In this document: piece after piece, positions 34,449 through 42,787 of the stretch | Layout of the letters: each line of letters opens with the position of its first letter | Position numbering within the stretch: position 1 is the stretch's first letter | Assembly (NCBI GenBank): GCA_016874845.1 | Contig: VGSZ01000003.1 | Span: 3,146-67,145 of the forward strand | Length of the DNA: 64,000 nucleotides | Reading direction: 5' to 3' | DNA from: Deltaproteobacteria bacterium | GTDB taxonomy: Bacteria > Myxococcota > UBA727 > VGSZ01 | The notes under the pieces: generated by a model | What the model was told of the DNA's origin: nothing | What the model saw: only the letters and a program-made list of their open reading frames with translations | The model's database searches: none | Program-made: the position numbers and the translations under genes

Positions 34449-35322
34449 TCAGCGGCTGCGGGGATCGCGCCCATGGACCGCGACGGCCTCGATGCCCAGC
34501 TGTCGGTCGCGCGCGCGCCAGCCAACGAGGACCTCGACATCGTCGCAGAGCGTGCCGCCGAGGCGCTCGAGGGCCTCGTTCATTTCGTGAAGCGACGTGC
34601 GCTCGACCGCGACGGAGCAAAGGCGTAGGCCGCGCCGTCGGGGACGAGCGCTGACCCGCGCCGCGAGCTCGTCGACGGCCGCGTCCAGCGATGGCGCCAG
34701 CACCCGATGCGTCGTGACGTCGACGCCGCCGGACGCGAGCAGGTGTCAGACGTCGTCGAGCTCGATGTGCTGGCTCCCTTCCAGTAGCCCGTTGACCACG
34801 GCGCAGACGAGCACGCAGGCGCGCCGCGCCTCGGCGAGGTTCGCGACCCGGGTCGTGGGCTGGGCCACCGGGAGCCCGCCCGGGCCGACCACGACGGCCA
34901 GGTCGCCCCGGTCGGCGGGGGCGCACGCGGCCGCGAGCTCATCGACGTCCCCGACGACGACCTCGGGCCCCGGCGCAACGCGTCAGCGGTCTCCTTCGCC
35001 AGCCGCGGCGGTGCCCGGCAGCGCTCCGCCAGCGAGCCACGCAAGGTCGTCAGCGACTCGCTCTCGCCCGTACCGCGTCGCCGGCTCCAGCGGCGTCGCA
35101 CAGGGAAGCATGGCCAGCCGCACGCTCGGGTCCGCGGTGTCGACGCCGCACCAGCGAACGACGGCGCCCACAGCGCACCCACGGGCCGACGAGGGCGCGC
35201 TCGTCGTCGAGCAGAAACGGCGGGAGCATGTTCGTGGCCATGGTGTGCAGGGCCTTCCTGCTACATCCCGCTCCACGCGCTCCACGGGGCGGGGAACAGC
35301 TGCGACGGGCTGTGCCGCCCAC
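34449..35322 (-). pseudogene. Disrupted minus-strand ORF of unknown function (coding-like signal jumps between frames 3-4 times)
   Basis: Coding-like segments run MATNMLPPFLLDDERALVGPWV | GVDTADPSVRLAMLPCATPLEPATRYGRERVADDLAWLAGG | EVVVGDVDELAAACAPADRGDLAVVVGPGGLP...ACVLVCAVVNGLLEGSQHIELDDV* | ...SVAVERTSLHEMNEALERLGGTLCDDVEVLVGW... The plus strand here gives only Ser/Thr/Arg-rich antisense-type ORFs. Confidence 0.2.
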
Positions 35323-35355
35323 CGCCCGCTGCCGCCCCTATCGCAAGCGGCAAGC

Positions 35356-36951
35356 TCACGCGAACGTCGACGGAGCGACGTCGGGGAACACGGCGTCGCG
35401 CTCCTCCATCTGCAGCAGATCGGCCTCGTCGACGAAGCCCTGCTCGAGCCCGGCGAGCAGCCGGTGGGCGCGCGCCAGGTGGGTCACCGGGCGCTTGGTC
35501 GCGTAGCCGGTCTGCGTGCCCATGGTCAGGATGAAGGGCCAGTCCGACGACTGCGCCAGCAGCACCTCGCGGGTCGCCTGCTGCAGCGCGCGATACAGGA
35601 TCGTGCCGCGCTCGTCCTTGTAGCGGCGGGCCACCGCGCCGAGGCGCTCGCGCACGTCGTGGATGCGCTTCCACATCCAGTCGTTCTTCTGGTTGACCCA
35701 CACCTCGAACGCGCCGCCGTCGCCCCACGACGACACCGCCGGGTACGCCACCTGCTGCGTCGGCTGGTCGACGAGGTACTGGTACGCGCTGACCGGGCGG
35801 GGGCAGGGGCGGCCCTCGACCTGTCCCTCGGCGAGGGTGCGCAGGAACTTGTCGAGGAACCACGGCCCTTCGTGCCACCAGTGGCCAAACAGCTCGGCGT
35901 CGAAGGCGGCGGTGATGCAGGGCGGGGCACCGATGGCCTTCTCGACCTCGAGCGCGTCCTCGGTGCGGCGGCGCGCGAAGTGCGCGGCGTGCTCGGCGAC
36001 GGCGGTGGCGGCGGCGAGCGGGTCGTATGGCAGCTTCTCGTCGAGGCCGACGCGGCCCGTGATCCGGTGCAGCTTCACGCCGACGTTCTTGCGGTCGCCG
36101 GTGCCCTGCTTGTGCACCTTGTCGAGCCACTCGGCCGGCGCGTCGTAGCCGAGGTCCCGGTAGAACTCGCGGTAGCGAAAGTCGCCGGGGTAGCCCTCCT
36201 GCGCGCTCCACACCTCTTTCGCCGAGCCGGGGTCCCGGGGGAACACGGCGACGCCCTCGGGGGAGAAGATCGGGCGGAAGACGTCGTGCTCGGGCGGCGG
36301 CCACGCGTAGCGCACGGCGCGGTCCTCGGAGAACGTGAAGGTCAGGTTCTCCTTGGCGAGCACGTCGAGAGCCCAGGGGTGCATCCCGCACTCGGGCAGC
36401 CAGATGCCGCGCGGGCGGAAGCCGAGCAGGCGCTCGTGGGTCTTCACCGCCTCAGACACCTGCGCCTTGACGCTGGCCTCGTCGAGCAGCACCGGCACCA
36501 GGCCGTGCGTCGCGTTGCAGGTCATCAGCTCGACGCGCCCGGCCCAGTGGTGCTCGGCGAACGCGCGGGCGAGGTCGCGGCCGCAGGACTCCCAACGAGC
36601 GAGCACGCGTTCGCTCTCGTCGACGGCGCCGACCAGGGCCGGCAGCCACGGGCTGTCGGCGGGGTACTCCTGCAGGGCGCGCCGGGCCAACGACAGGCGC
36701 GCGTCCAGCGCCCGCGTCGTGCGCTCCCGCAGGTTCGGCAGCGCCAGCATCGACAAGAGCGGCGGCGACAGGCCCATCGTGATCTGGGCGCGCACGCCGT
36801 CCTTCTGCCAGCCGTCGAGCATCAGCAGGATCGGCAGGTAGCAGTCGCTGATCGCCTCGAAGAGCCAGTCCTCTTCGAGGAAGACCTCGTGCTCGGGGTG
36901 GTTCAGGAAGGGCAGGTGCCCGTGCAGGGCGATGACCAGCGAGCCGCTCAC
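35356..36951 (-). CDS. Glycoside hydrolase family 57 protein (GH57-type alpha-glucan branching enzyme-like)
   Basis: GTG at VSGSLVIALHGHLPFLNHPEHEVFLEEDWLFEAISDCYLPIL. HGHLPF and HPEHE are GH57 hallmarks. 531 aa. The upstream ORF part is Arg-rich junk. Confidence 0.75.
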   Translation of the reverse strand: MSGSLVIALHGHLPFLNHPEHEVFLEEDWLFEAISDCYLPILLMLDGWQKDGVRAQITMGLSPPLLSMLALPNLRERTTRALDARLSLARRALQEYPADSPWLPALVGAVDESERVLARWESCGRDLARAFAEHHWAGRVELMTCNATHGLVPVLLDEASVKAQVSEAVKTHERLLGFRPRGIWLPECGMHPWALDVLAKENLTFTFSEDRAVRYAWPPPEHDVFRPIFSPEGVAVFPRDPGSAKEVWSAQEGYPGDFRYREFYRDLGYDAPAEWLDKVHKQGTGDRKNVGVKLHRITGRVGLDEKLPYDPLAAATAVAEHAAHFARRRTEDALEVEKAIGAPPCITAAFDAELFGHWWHEGPWFLDKFLRTLAEGQVEGRPCPRPVSAYQYLVDQPTQQVAYPAVSSWGDGGAFEVWVNQKNDWMWKRIHDVRERLGAVARRYKDERGTILYRALQQATREVLLAQSSDWPFILTMGTQTGYATKRPVTHLARAHRLLAGLEQGFVDEADLLQMEERDAVFPDVAPSTFA

Positions 36952-37973
36952 GACTTCCTCCCGGCGGCTACCGCCGACGACGACGGCCCGGCTGACGACG
37001 GCGCCAGCGGCATCGTCGAGGACGACGGCGCTCCCGGTACGCCGTCGAAGCCCGGCCGCGCCACCTGCTTGCCCGACACCATCGCGCCGATCACGGGCGC
37101 CTGCGACCGCGACGGCAGCGACGACGACGATGGCGCCTCGCGCTCGGGGCTGGCGGCGGGTGATGTGAACTTGAACCGGTGCTCGCCCGAGGAGGGCAGC
37201 GGAACGACGACCTCGATCGCCACCGGCTCGGGCAGCACCTCGCCCACCGTCTCGAGCTGCGCCCCCTCGGGCAGCGCCTCGGGCCTCAGCAGGCCGCCCC
37301 CGCGCAGCGCGCTGCGCTCGATGGTTGGCGCCAGCGTCGCCCGCCACAAAGGTCCCGGCGGCGCCGGCCGCGCCGGCGGCGTCAAGGCCAGGTTCGACGT
37401 CGCCACGACCCGCCCGGCCTGCACCAGCCGCGCGACGACGGCGTAGCGCTCGGCCGGCACCTCGACGTACCAGCCGCCCGACGAGCGCAGATCGACGTCG
37501 ACGTACAGCGATGCCGTCTGTTCGAGCAGCGCGTCGCGCGACGGCGCCTCGCCGAGGAACTCGCGCAGCGCGATCTCCAGACGCGCGTGCTGCGTGCGCT
37601 CGACGTCGCGGCCGAGCTCCCACGTGAAGAACAACAGGCGCGGCTTCACCGCCACCAGACGCAGGAACGTGCGTTCGCCCTCGGGCACGAACAGGCGCGG
37701 CTCGCGGAAGCGCGGCAGGCACCAGGCGTTCTCATCGTCGTCGATCACCGGCGGCGGCGTGGTCGTCGCCGTCGACACCGCCTCGGGGGGCGCGTGGGCG
37801 GCGCCGCTCATCGACGCCGGCGGCGGCTGACGCTGCAGGTCCGGCAGCAGCACCGACAGCTTCGTCAGCGCGTCCTTCAGCTCGTCCTCTCGCAGCCGCT
37901 CGACGTCGCGTAGCCCATGCGCGCGGAGCAGCTTCACGAGCTGGAGACGACGTGGAAAAGGCAGGCTTCGCAT
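36948..37973 (-). CDS. DUF4912-like protein with Rho-N/SAP-like N-terminal motif, translationally coupled to the GH57 gene
   Basis: MRSLPFPRRLQLVKLLRAHGLRDVERLREDELKDALTKL is followed by FFTWELGRDVERTQHARLEIALREF. The stop overlaps the GH57 GTG start (GTGA). Confidence 0.55.
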   Translation of the reverse strand: MRSLPFPRRLQLVKLLRAHGLRDVERLREDELKDALTKLSVLLPDLQRQPPPASMSGAAHAPPEAVSTATTTPPPVIDDDENAWCLPRFREPRLFVPEGERTFLRLVAVKPRLLFFTWELGRDVERTQHARLEIALREFLGEAPSRDALLEQTASLYVDVDLRSSGGWYVEVPAERYAVVARLVQAGRVVATSNLALTPPARPAPPGPLWRATLAPTIERSALRGGGLLRPEALPEGAQLETVGEVLPEPVAIEVVVPLPSSGEHRFKFTSPAASPEREAPSSSSLPSRSQAPVIGAMVSGKQVARPGFDGVPGAPSSSTMPLAPSSAGPSSSAVAAGRKS

Positions 37974-38192
37974 GGTCGATCCTCGCGGGGGCAGCCAAGG
38001 TGCGCTAGAGGCATACATCTGTGGGACACCTAGCGCAGGTGGTGCCGTTGGCAAAGCAACGATCGCGCGACATCGAATCGAAGTCGTTGAATCGAAGGAT
38101 AAAGTGCAGGAGACGCAGCGCTGACGCGCTCCAGATAGGGCTTCAGGCTGGCTTCAGTGCGACTTCAGCGTGGGTCCGGCTTTGGTCCGGCT

Positions 38193-39044
38193 TCAGGCCG
38201 CTGCGGACCCGGCCTTGTCGGCCTTCTGGTCATCGCCGCGCGCCGCCCGCCCGGCGGCGTCGCGGTCGTCGCTGTCGTCGTGCTGGGCGATGGGGCGGGT
38301 CTTGTCGCCGCCGGGCCCGCCGATCTCGACGTTCAGGTCGACGATCGCCGCGTGTACCCGCCGCATCAGCTCGTCGCGCTTCAGGCCGGTGCCATCGATG
38401 GGCTTGCCGACCTTCGCCCGCAGCGCCGCCGGCCGCGGCCGCCAGCCCGTGCGCGGCACCAGCGTCGCGCAGCCCTCGAGGGCGATGGGCACGATGGGCG
38501 CGCCCGTCTTCTGCGCCACGACGAAGACGCCCTTCTTGAACGGCCCGACCCGGCCGTCGCGGGTGCGCGTCCCTTCGGGGAAGCAGGCGAGGATGCGGCC
38601 CTGCTGGACGACGTGCTGGGCCTTGCGCAGCGCCTTGATTGCCGCGTGCCGGTTGCTGCGGTCGATGGCCACCATGCCCATCGCCCACATGAACATCCCG
38701 ATCACGGGCACGTAGCTGAGCGCCTTCTTGGCGACGAAGCGCGGCCCCGTCGGCAGGATCATCCACGCGACGAGGATGTCGATCATCGACTGGTGGTTCA
38801 TCATCACCACCACGCCGTCGTGGCCCGCCGGCAGGTGCTCGCGCCCCTCGACGGTCAACGTCGAGAACCCCATCCGCAGGTTCATCGGCGCCCAGAACGT
38901 CCGCCCCAGCGAGAACGCCGCCTCGGGGTTGCCAGTGAGCAGCACCGACAACATCGCCGGGAAGAAGCAGAACGTCGTGAACGCTCCCAGCCAAAACAGC
39001 TGGAAGAGATTCACCGGGATCCAGGCGACGTCCTTGAGCTTCAC
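38193..39044 (-). CDS. plsC: 1-acyl-sn-glycerol-3-phosphate acyltransferase (PlsC/LPLAT family)
   Basis: HX4D motif VVVMMNHQSMIDIL. FPEGTRTRDG motif. VPIAL block. 283 aa with a charged C-terminal tail. Confidence 0.8.
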   Translation of the reverse strand: MKLKDVAWIPVNLFQLFWLGAFTTFCFFPAMLSVLLTGNPEAAFSLGRTFWAPMNLRMGFSTLTVEGREHLPAGHDGVVVMMNHQSMIDILVAWMILPTGPRFVAKKALSYVPVIGMFMWAMGMVAIDRSNRHAAIKALRKAQHVVQQGRILACFPEGTRTRDGRVGPFKKGVFVVAQKTGAPIVPIALEGCATLVPRTGWRPRPAALRAKVGKPIDGTGLKRDELMRRVHAAIVDLNVEIGGPGGDKTRPIAQHDDSDDRDAAGRAARGDDQKADKAGSAAA

Positions 39045-39103
39045 CGCGGCTCCCCCTACCCGACCGTGACCGCTGCCGGAAGACCTGCATCCAACACCAC
39101 ACG

Positions 39104-40324
39104 ATGATCACGCTGACCCGCCCCGGCCCTGCGCTGGCCCGCGCCTGCCTCGACACCGGCGGCGGCTTCTGCTGGTGGTACGCCGACGTCGTCGATGCCG
39201 CCGGCAACGGCGTCGTCGTCATCGCCGGCTTCGGTTTGCCCTTCCTGCCGGGCGTGGCCGGCGCCGCGCGCCGTGGCGCGCCCGTCGTCCCGTCGGCGCG
39301 CCCGTCGGTGAACCTCGCCGTCTACGAGGCCGGCCGCTGCACGTGGTACGGCCTGCTCGAGCTGCCGCCCTCGTCCTCATCGTGGAGCACCGCCGCGGAC
39401 GCCGGCGCCGGCGCAGACGGACTGATCGAGGAGCAGCGCTTCGGCGACTGCCGCTTCGCCCGCCGCGTCGTGGGCGACGTCGCCGAATTCGTCGCCACCC
39501 TCGACGTCGCGCTGCCCTACGGGCGCGCCCGCGGCACCGTCGTCGTTCGCGGCCGCGCCCGCGGTCCGGCCGAGCAGGACGCCCTCGACGTCGCCGCCGA
39601 CGGCGCGCGGCCGCACTCCGCGACCGAGGCGCCGCGCCACGACTGGTGCCCCCAGATCCTGCACGCCCACGGCGCCGTCGACCTGACCCTGGGCGACGCC
39701 GGAGCCGGCTGGCCTGAGAGGCGCGTCGTCGTCGCCGGCCGTGGCTACCACGACCGCAACGGCGCGCTCGCGCCGCTGCACGACCTCGGCATCGACCACT
39801 GGTGCTGGGTGCGCTCGTCGCTGCCGCATGAAGACCGCGTGCTCTACGCGCTGTGGCCCACCGACGGCATCGGCCGCGGCGGCGCCCCCCGCGCCTTCGG
39901 CCTCGTCGTCGACGACCGCGGCTCGCGCGTGGTGCCCGACCTGCGCCTCCAGGTGCGTCGCGCGCCCGTGAACTGGCTCGGTCTGCGTCGCATCGACGAG
40001 CTCGTGGCCTTCGCCGGAGACGACGCCCCGGTGCCCTTCGTGCACGTGCGCGCGCTGCACGTCGTCGACGACGGGCCGTTCTATGCGCGCGCGCTGTGCG
40101 CGTCGTCGACGACGGCGCAGCCGCCGTCGTCGACGATCACCGACGGCGTCATGGAGACCGTCACCCCGCACCGCGTCGACGTGCCGTGGCAGCGCCCGTT
40201 CGTGCGCATGCGCGTGACGCCGCCGGCGCCGCAGGCGTTGTCGCCGTGGCACCCGCTGTTCGTCGGTGACGCGCAGGGCCGCGTGGGGCGCCTGGTGCGC
40301 TCGTTCGCCGCGGGGCGCGCATGA
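39104..40324 (+). CDS. CrtC-like carotenoid 1,2-hydratase (hydroxyneurosporene synthase family), tentative
   Basis: The N-terminal GGGFCWWYADVVDAAGNGVVVIAGFG resembles the CrtC WWY-D motif. 406 aa. It is followed with ATGA overlap by a CrtD/CrtI-family desaturase. Confidence 0.5.
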   Translation: MITLTRPGPALARACLDTGGGFCWWYADVVDAAGNGVVVIAGFGLPFLPGVAGAARRGAPVVPSARPSVNLAVYEAGRCTWYGLLELPPSSSSWSTAADAGAGADGLIEEQRFGDCRFARRVVGDVAEFVATLDVALPYGRARGTVVVRGRARGPAEQDALDVAADGARPHSATEAPRHDWCPQILHAHGAVDLTLGDAGAGWPERRVVVAGRGYHDRNGALAPLHDLGIDHWCWVRSSLPHEDRVLYALWPTDGIGRGGAPRAFGLVVDDRGSRVVPDLRLQVRRAPVNWLGLRRIDELVAFAGDDAPVPFVHVRALHVVDDGPFYARALCASSTTAQPPSSTITDGVMETVTPHRVDVPWQRPFVRMRVTPPAPQALSPWHPLFVGDAQGRVGRLVRSFAAGRA

Positions 40325-41820
40325 CGAGGACGACGGCCACGACGACCGCGCACGAAGCCGTCGTCGTCATCGGCGCCGGCATGGGCGGGCTCTCGGCGGC
40401 CATCGCGCTGGGGGCGGCCGGGCGCCGGGTGGTGCTGCTCGAGGCCGGCGACGACGTCGGCGGCAAGGTCGGCGAGGTCGTCGCCGACGGCGTCGGCTTC
40501 GACACCGGGCCGTCGGTGCTGACGCTGCCCGACATCCTCGACGACATCCTCGGGCGCGCGGGCATGAGCGTCGCTGCCGACGTCGTGCTGGTGCGGCCGG
40601 GCCCGGCGTTCCGCTATCGGTTTCCGAGCGGGCGCGTGCTCGACGTCTTCGTGGCCGTCGACGAGACGCTGGCCTCGGTCGAGCGGGCGCTCGGCCGGCG
40701 CGCCCGCGACGAGCTGGCGGCGTTCCTGTGGTACGCGCGGGACATCTGGGAGACGTCGAAGGACGACTTCGTCTTTGGTCCGGCGCCGTCGGTGGCGACG
40801 CTGCTGCGGTTGGCGCTGACGCGGCCGCTCGACATGCTCAAGGTCGACCCGCTGTCGTCGATGCAGGGGGCGCTGCAGCGCAAGATCACCGACCCCGACC
40901 TGCGGCTCTTGTTGATGCGCTACGCGACCTACAACGGCAGCGACCCGTTTTCGGCGCCGGCGACGCTGCACTGCATCGCCCACGTCGAACTCGCCCTGGG
41001 AGGCTACGGCGTCTCGGGCGGCATGATGACCATCGCGCGCGCGCTGCGGCGGGCTGCCGACAAGGTCGGCGTCGTCGTGCGCACGAACGCGCGCGTCCGA
41101 CGCATCGACGTCGACGCCGCCGGTGCCGTCGCGGGCGTCGTGCTCGACGGGGACGAGCGGCTCGCGACCCGGGCCGTGGTCGTCAACGCCGACGTCGCCC
41201 ACCTGACCGGCGCGCTGCTGCCGTCGAGCGCGCGCGCGCTGCCCAAGCCTTCGGCGCCGTCGATGTCGGGAGCGACGATGGTGCTCAAGGCCCGTCGACG
41301 CACGGGCCCAGCCGCGCGCGTCGCCCACGAGGTGCTGTTTCCCGCCGACTACCAGGCCGAGTTCGACGACATCTTTCGTCGACGACAGAGTCCGCGCGAT
41401 CCGACGGTCTACGTGTGCGCGCAGGAGCACGCCCACGGCCGCACCGGCTGGCCCGACCACGAGCCGCTGTTCGTCATGGCCAACGCGCCGGCGCTGCAAG
41501 ACGGCGTCGTCGACGATGGCGAGGCGCTGCTTTCGCGCGCGCGCGCGCGGCTGCTGCAGGCCGGCATGATCGAAGACGACGATGCGGTGGTCTGGCAGCG
41601 CACCAGCGGCGGGCTGGCCGAGCGATTCTTCGGGTCGCAGGGCAGCCTGTACGGGGCGGCGAGCAACACGCGGCAGAGCGCGTTTGCCCGCGCGCCCAAC
41701 GTCGTCACGGGCGTGCCCGGCCTGTACCTGGCGTCGGGCACGGCGCACCCCGGCGGTGGGGTGCCCTTGTGCTTGCAGAGCGGGCTGAGGGCAGCGCGCG
41801 CGGTGGTCGACGGCCGGTGA
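40321..41820 (+). CDS. FAD-dependent oxidoreductase of the phytoene desaturase family (CrtD/CrtI-like carotenoid desaturase)
   Basis: N-terminal dinucleotide-binding fold VVVIGAGMGGLSAAIALGAAGRRVVLLEAGDDVGGK. C-terminal ...YLASGTAHPGGGVPLC is typical of the CrtI family. 499 aa. Confidence 0.75.
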   Translation: MTRTTATTTAHEAVVVIGAGMGGLSAAIALGAAGRRVVLLEAGDDVGGKVGEVVADGVGFDTGPSVLTLPDILDDILGRAGMSVAADVVLVRPGPAFRYRFPSGRVLDVFVAVDETLASVERALGRRARDELAAFLWYARDIWETSKDDFVFGPAPSVATLLRLALTRPLDMLKVDPLSSMQGALQRKITDPDLRLLLMRYATYNGSDPFSAPATLHCIAHVELALGGYGVSGGMMTIARALRRAADKVGVVVRTNARVRRIDVDAAGAVAGVVLDGDERLATRAVVVNADVAHLTGALLPSSARALPKPSAPSMSGATMVLKARRRTGPAARVAHEVLFPADYQAEFDDIFRRRQSPRDPTVYVCAQEHAHGRTGWPDHEPLFVMANAPALQDGVVDDGEALLSRARARLLQAGMIEDDDAVVWQRTSGGLAERFFGSQGSLYGAASNTRQSAFARAPNVVTGVPGLYLASGTAHPGGGVPLCLQSGLRAARAVVDGR

Positions 41821-41869
41821 GGCCGCCGGCGCGCCGGGCGTACCGCCGGCGTCCCCCGCTGCTGCGCGG

Positions 41870-42538
41870 TCACTCGTCTTCGAGCTCGGCGTTCCAGTAG
41901 CTCGCCGACACCGGGTCGATGAATGGCAGCCACTCGGCGTAGGGCACCTTGCCCGACGACGGCTGCGCCAGCGTCGTCCACGACGGCCGCTTCGGCTGGG
42001 ACAGGAGCTTCAGCCCCGCCTGCGCCGGTGTGCGGCCGCCCTTGTCGAGGTTGCAGCGCACGCAGGAGCACACGACGTTCTGCCAGCTGGTGCGCCCGCC
42101 CTGGCTGCGGGGCACGACGTGGTCGAGGTTCAGCTGCGCGCGGGCAAACTGCCGGCCGCAGTATTGGCAGGTGAAGTTGTCGCGCAGGTACACGTTCTGG
42201 CGGCTGAACCGGATCTGCCGCTTGGGCATGCGGTCGTAGGCCTGCAGCACGACGACGCGCGGCACCTTCAGCACCATGCGCGGCGTGCGGATGACATCGT
42301 CGCCGACCTCGGCGGCGAGCTCCTGCCAGCTCGACAGGTCGAACAGCCGGAACTCGCGGTCGAGGGCGCGGGCGGCCCCCGAGCACAGGAGCCCGAAGGC
42401 GCGTCCGGCGCGGGTGACGGCGACAGGCTGGAAGCTGCGGTTCAACACCAGCACGCGGGCCTCGAGGGCGGCGGGCAGCGCGGCGGTGGGCATCGTGGTC
42501 ATGGTCATCGCGGACATCTTCGGACCCGTCTGGACCAC
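41870..42538 (-). CDS. HNH-endonuclease-family protein
   Basis: CQYCGRQFARAQLNLDHVVPRSQGGRTSWQNVVCSCVRCNLDKGGRTP is an HNH motif (Cys4 + H-N-H). The start is uncertain; MSAMTMTTMP and MPTAAL are alternatives. Confidence 0.7.
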   Translation of the reverse strand: MVQTGPKMSAMTMTTMPTAALPAALEARVLVLNRSFQPVAVTRAGRAFGLLCSGAARALDREFRLFDLSSWQELAAEVGDDVIRTPRMVLKVPRVVVLQAYDRMPKRQIRFSRQNVYLRDNFTCQYCGRQFARAQLNLDHVVPRSQGGRTSWQNVVCSCVRCNLDKGGRTPAQAGLKLLSQPKRPSWTTLAQPSSGKVPYAEWLPFIDPVSASYWNAELEDE

Positions 42539-42787
42539 CGGCGCGCGCCAAGGGGCGGCGCGGTGCGTCCGTGCTGTGGCCCCCGCCCCCCCGCGTCGTC
42601 GTCCGGGGTGGGGCGGCTACCGCGTCGGCCGCCCCGCCCGGGCTGCGTCGTGCTCCGGCGCGTCGGGGGACCGACGACGGACCGGACGGCGCAGGCTCCA
42701 GACACGGGTCGAGCGTGAGAGTATCGACCCCGAGAGACGCGCGCCAACCGCGCGCGTCCGAGACGACCCGGAGCCGCGCCGCCCCGC

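Noticed and set aside
38030-38075. Sigma-54 -24/-12 promoter (GGTGCCGTTGGCAAAGCAAC)
   Set aside because: GG/GC spacing does not fit the GG-N10-GC rule in either orientation. No confident sigma-54 promoter could be assigned anywhere in the window by eye.
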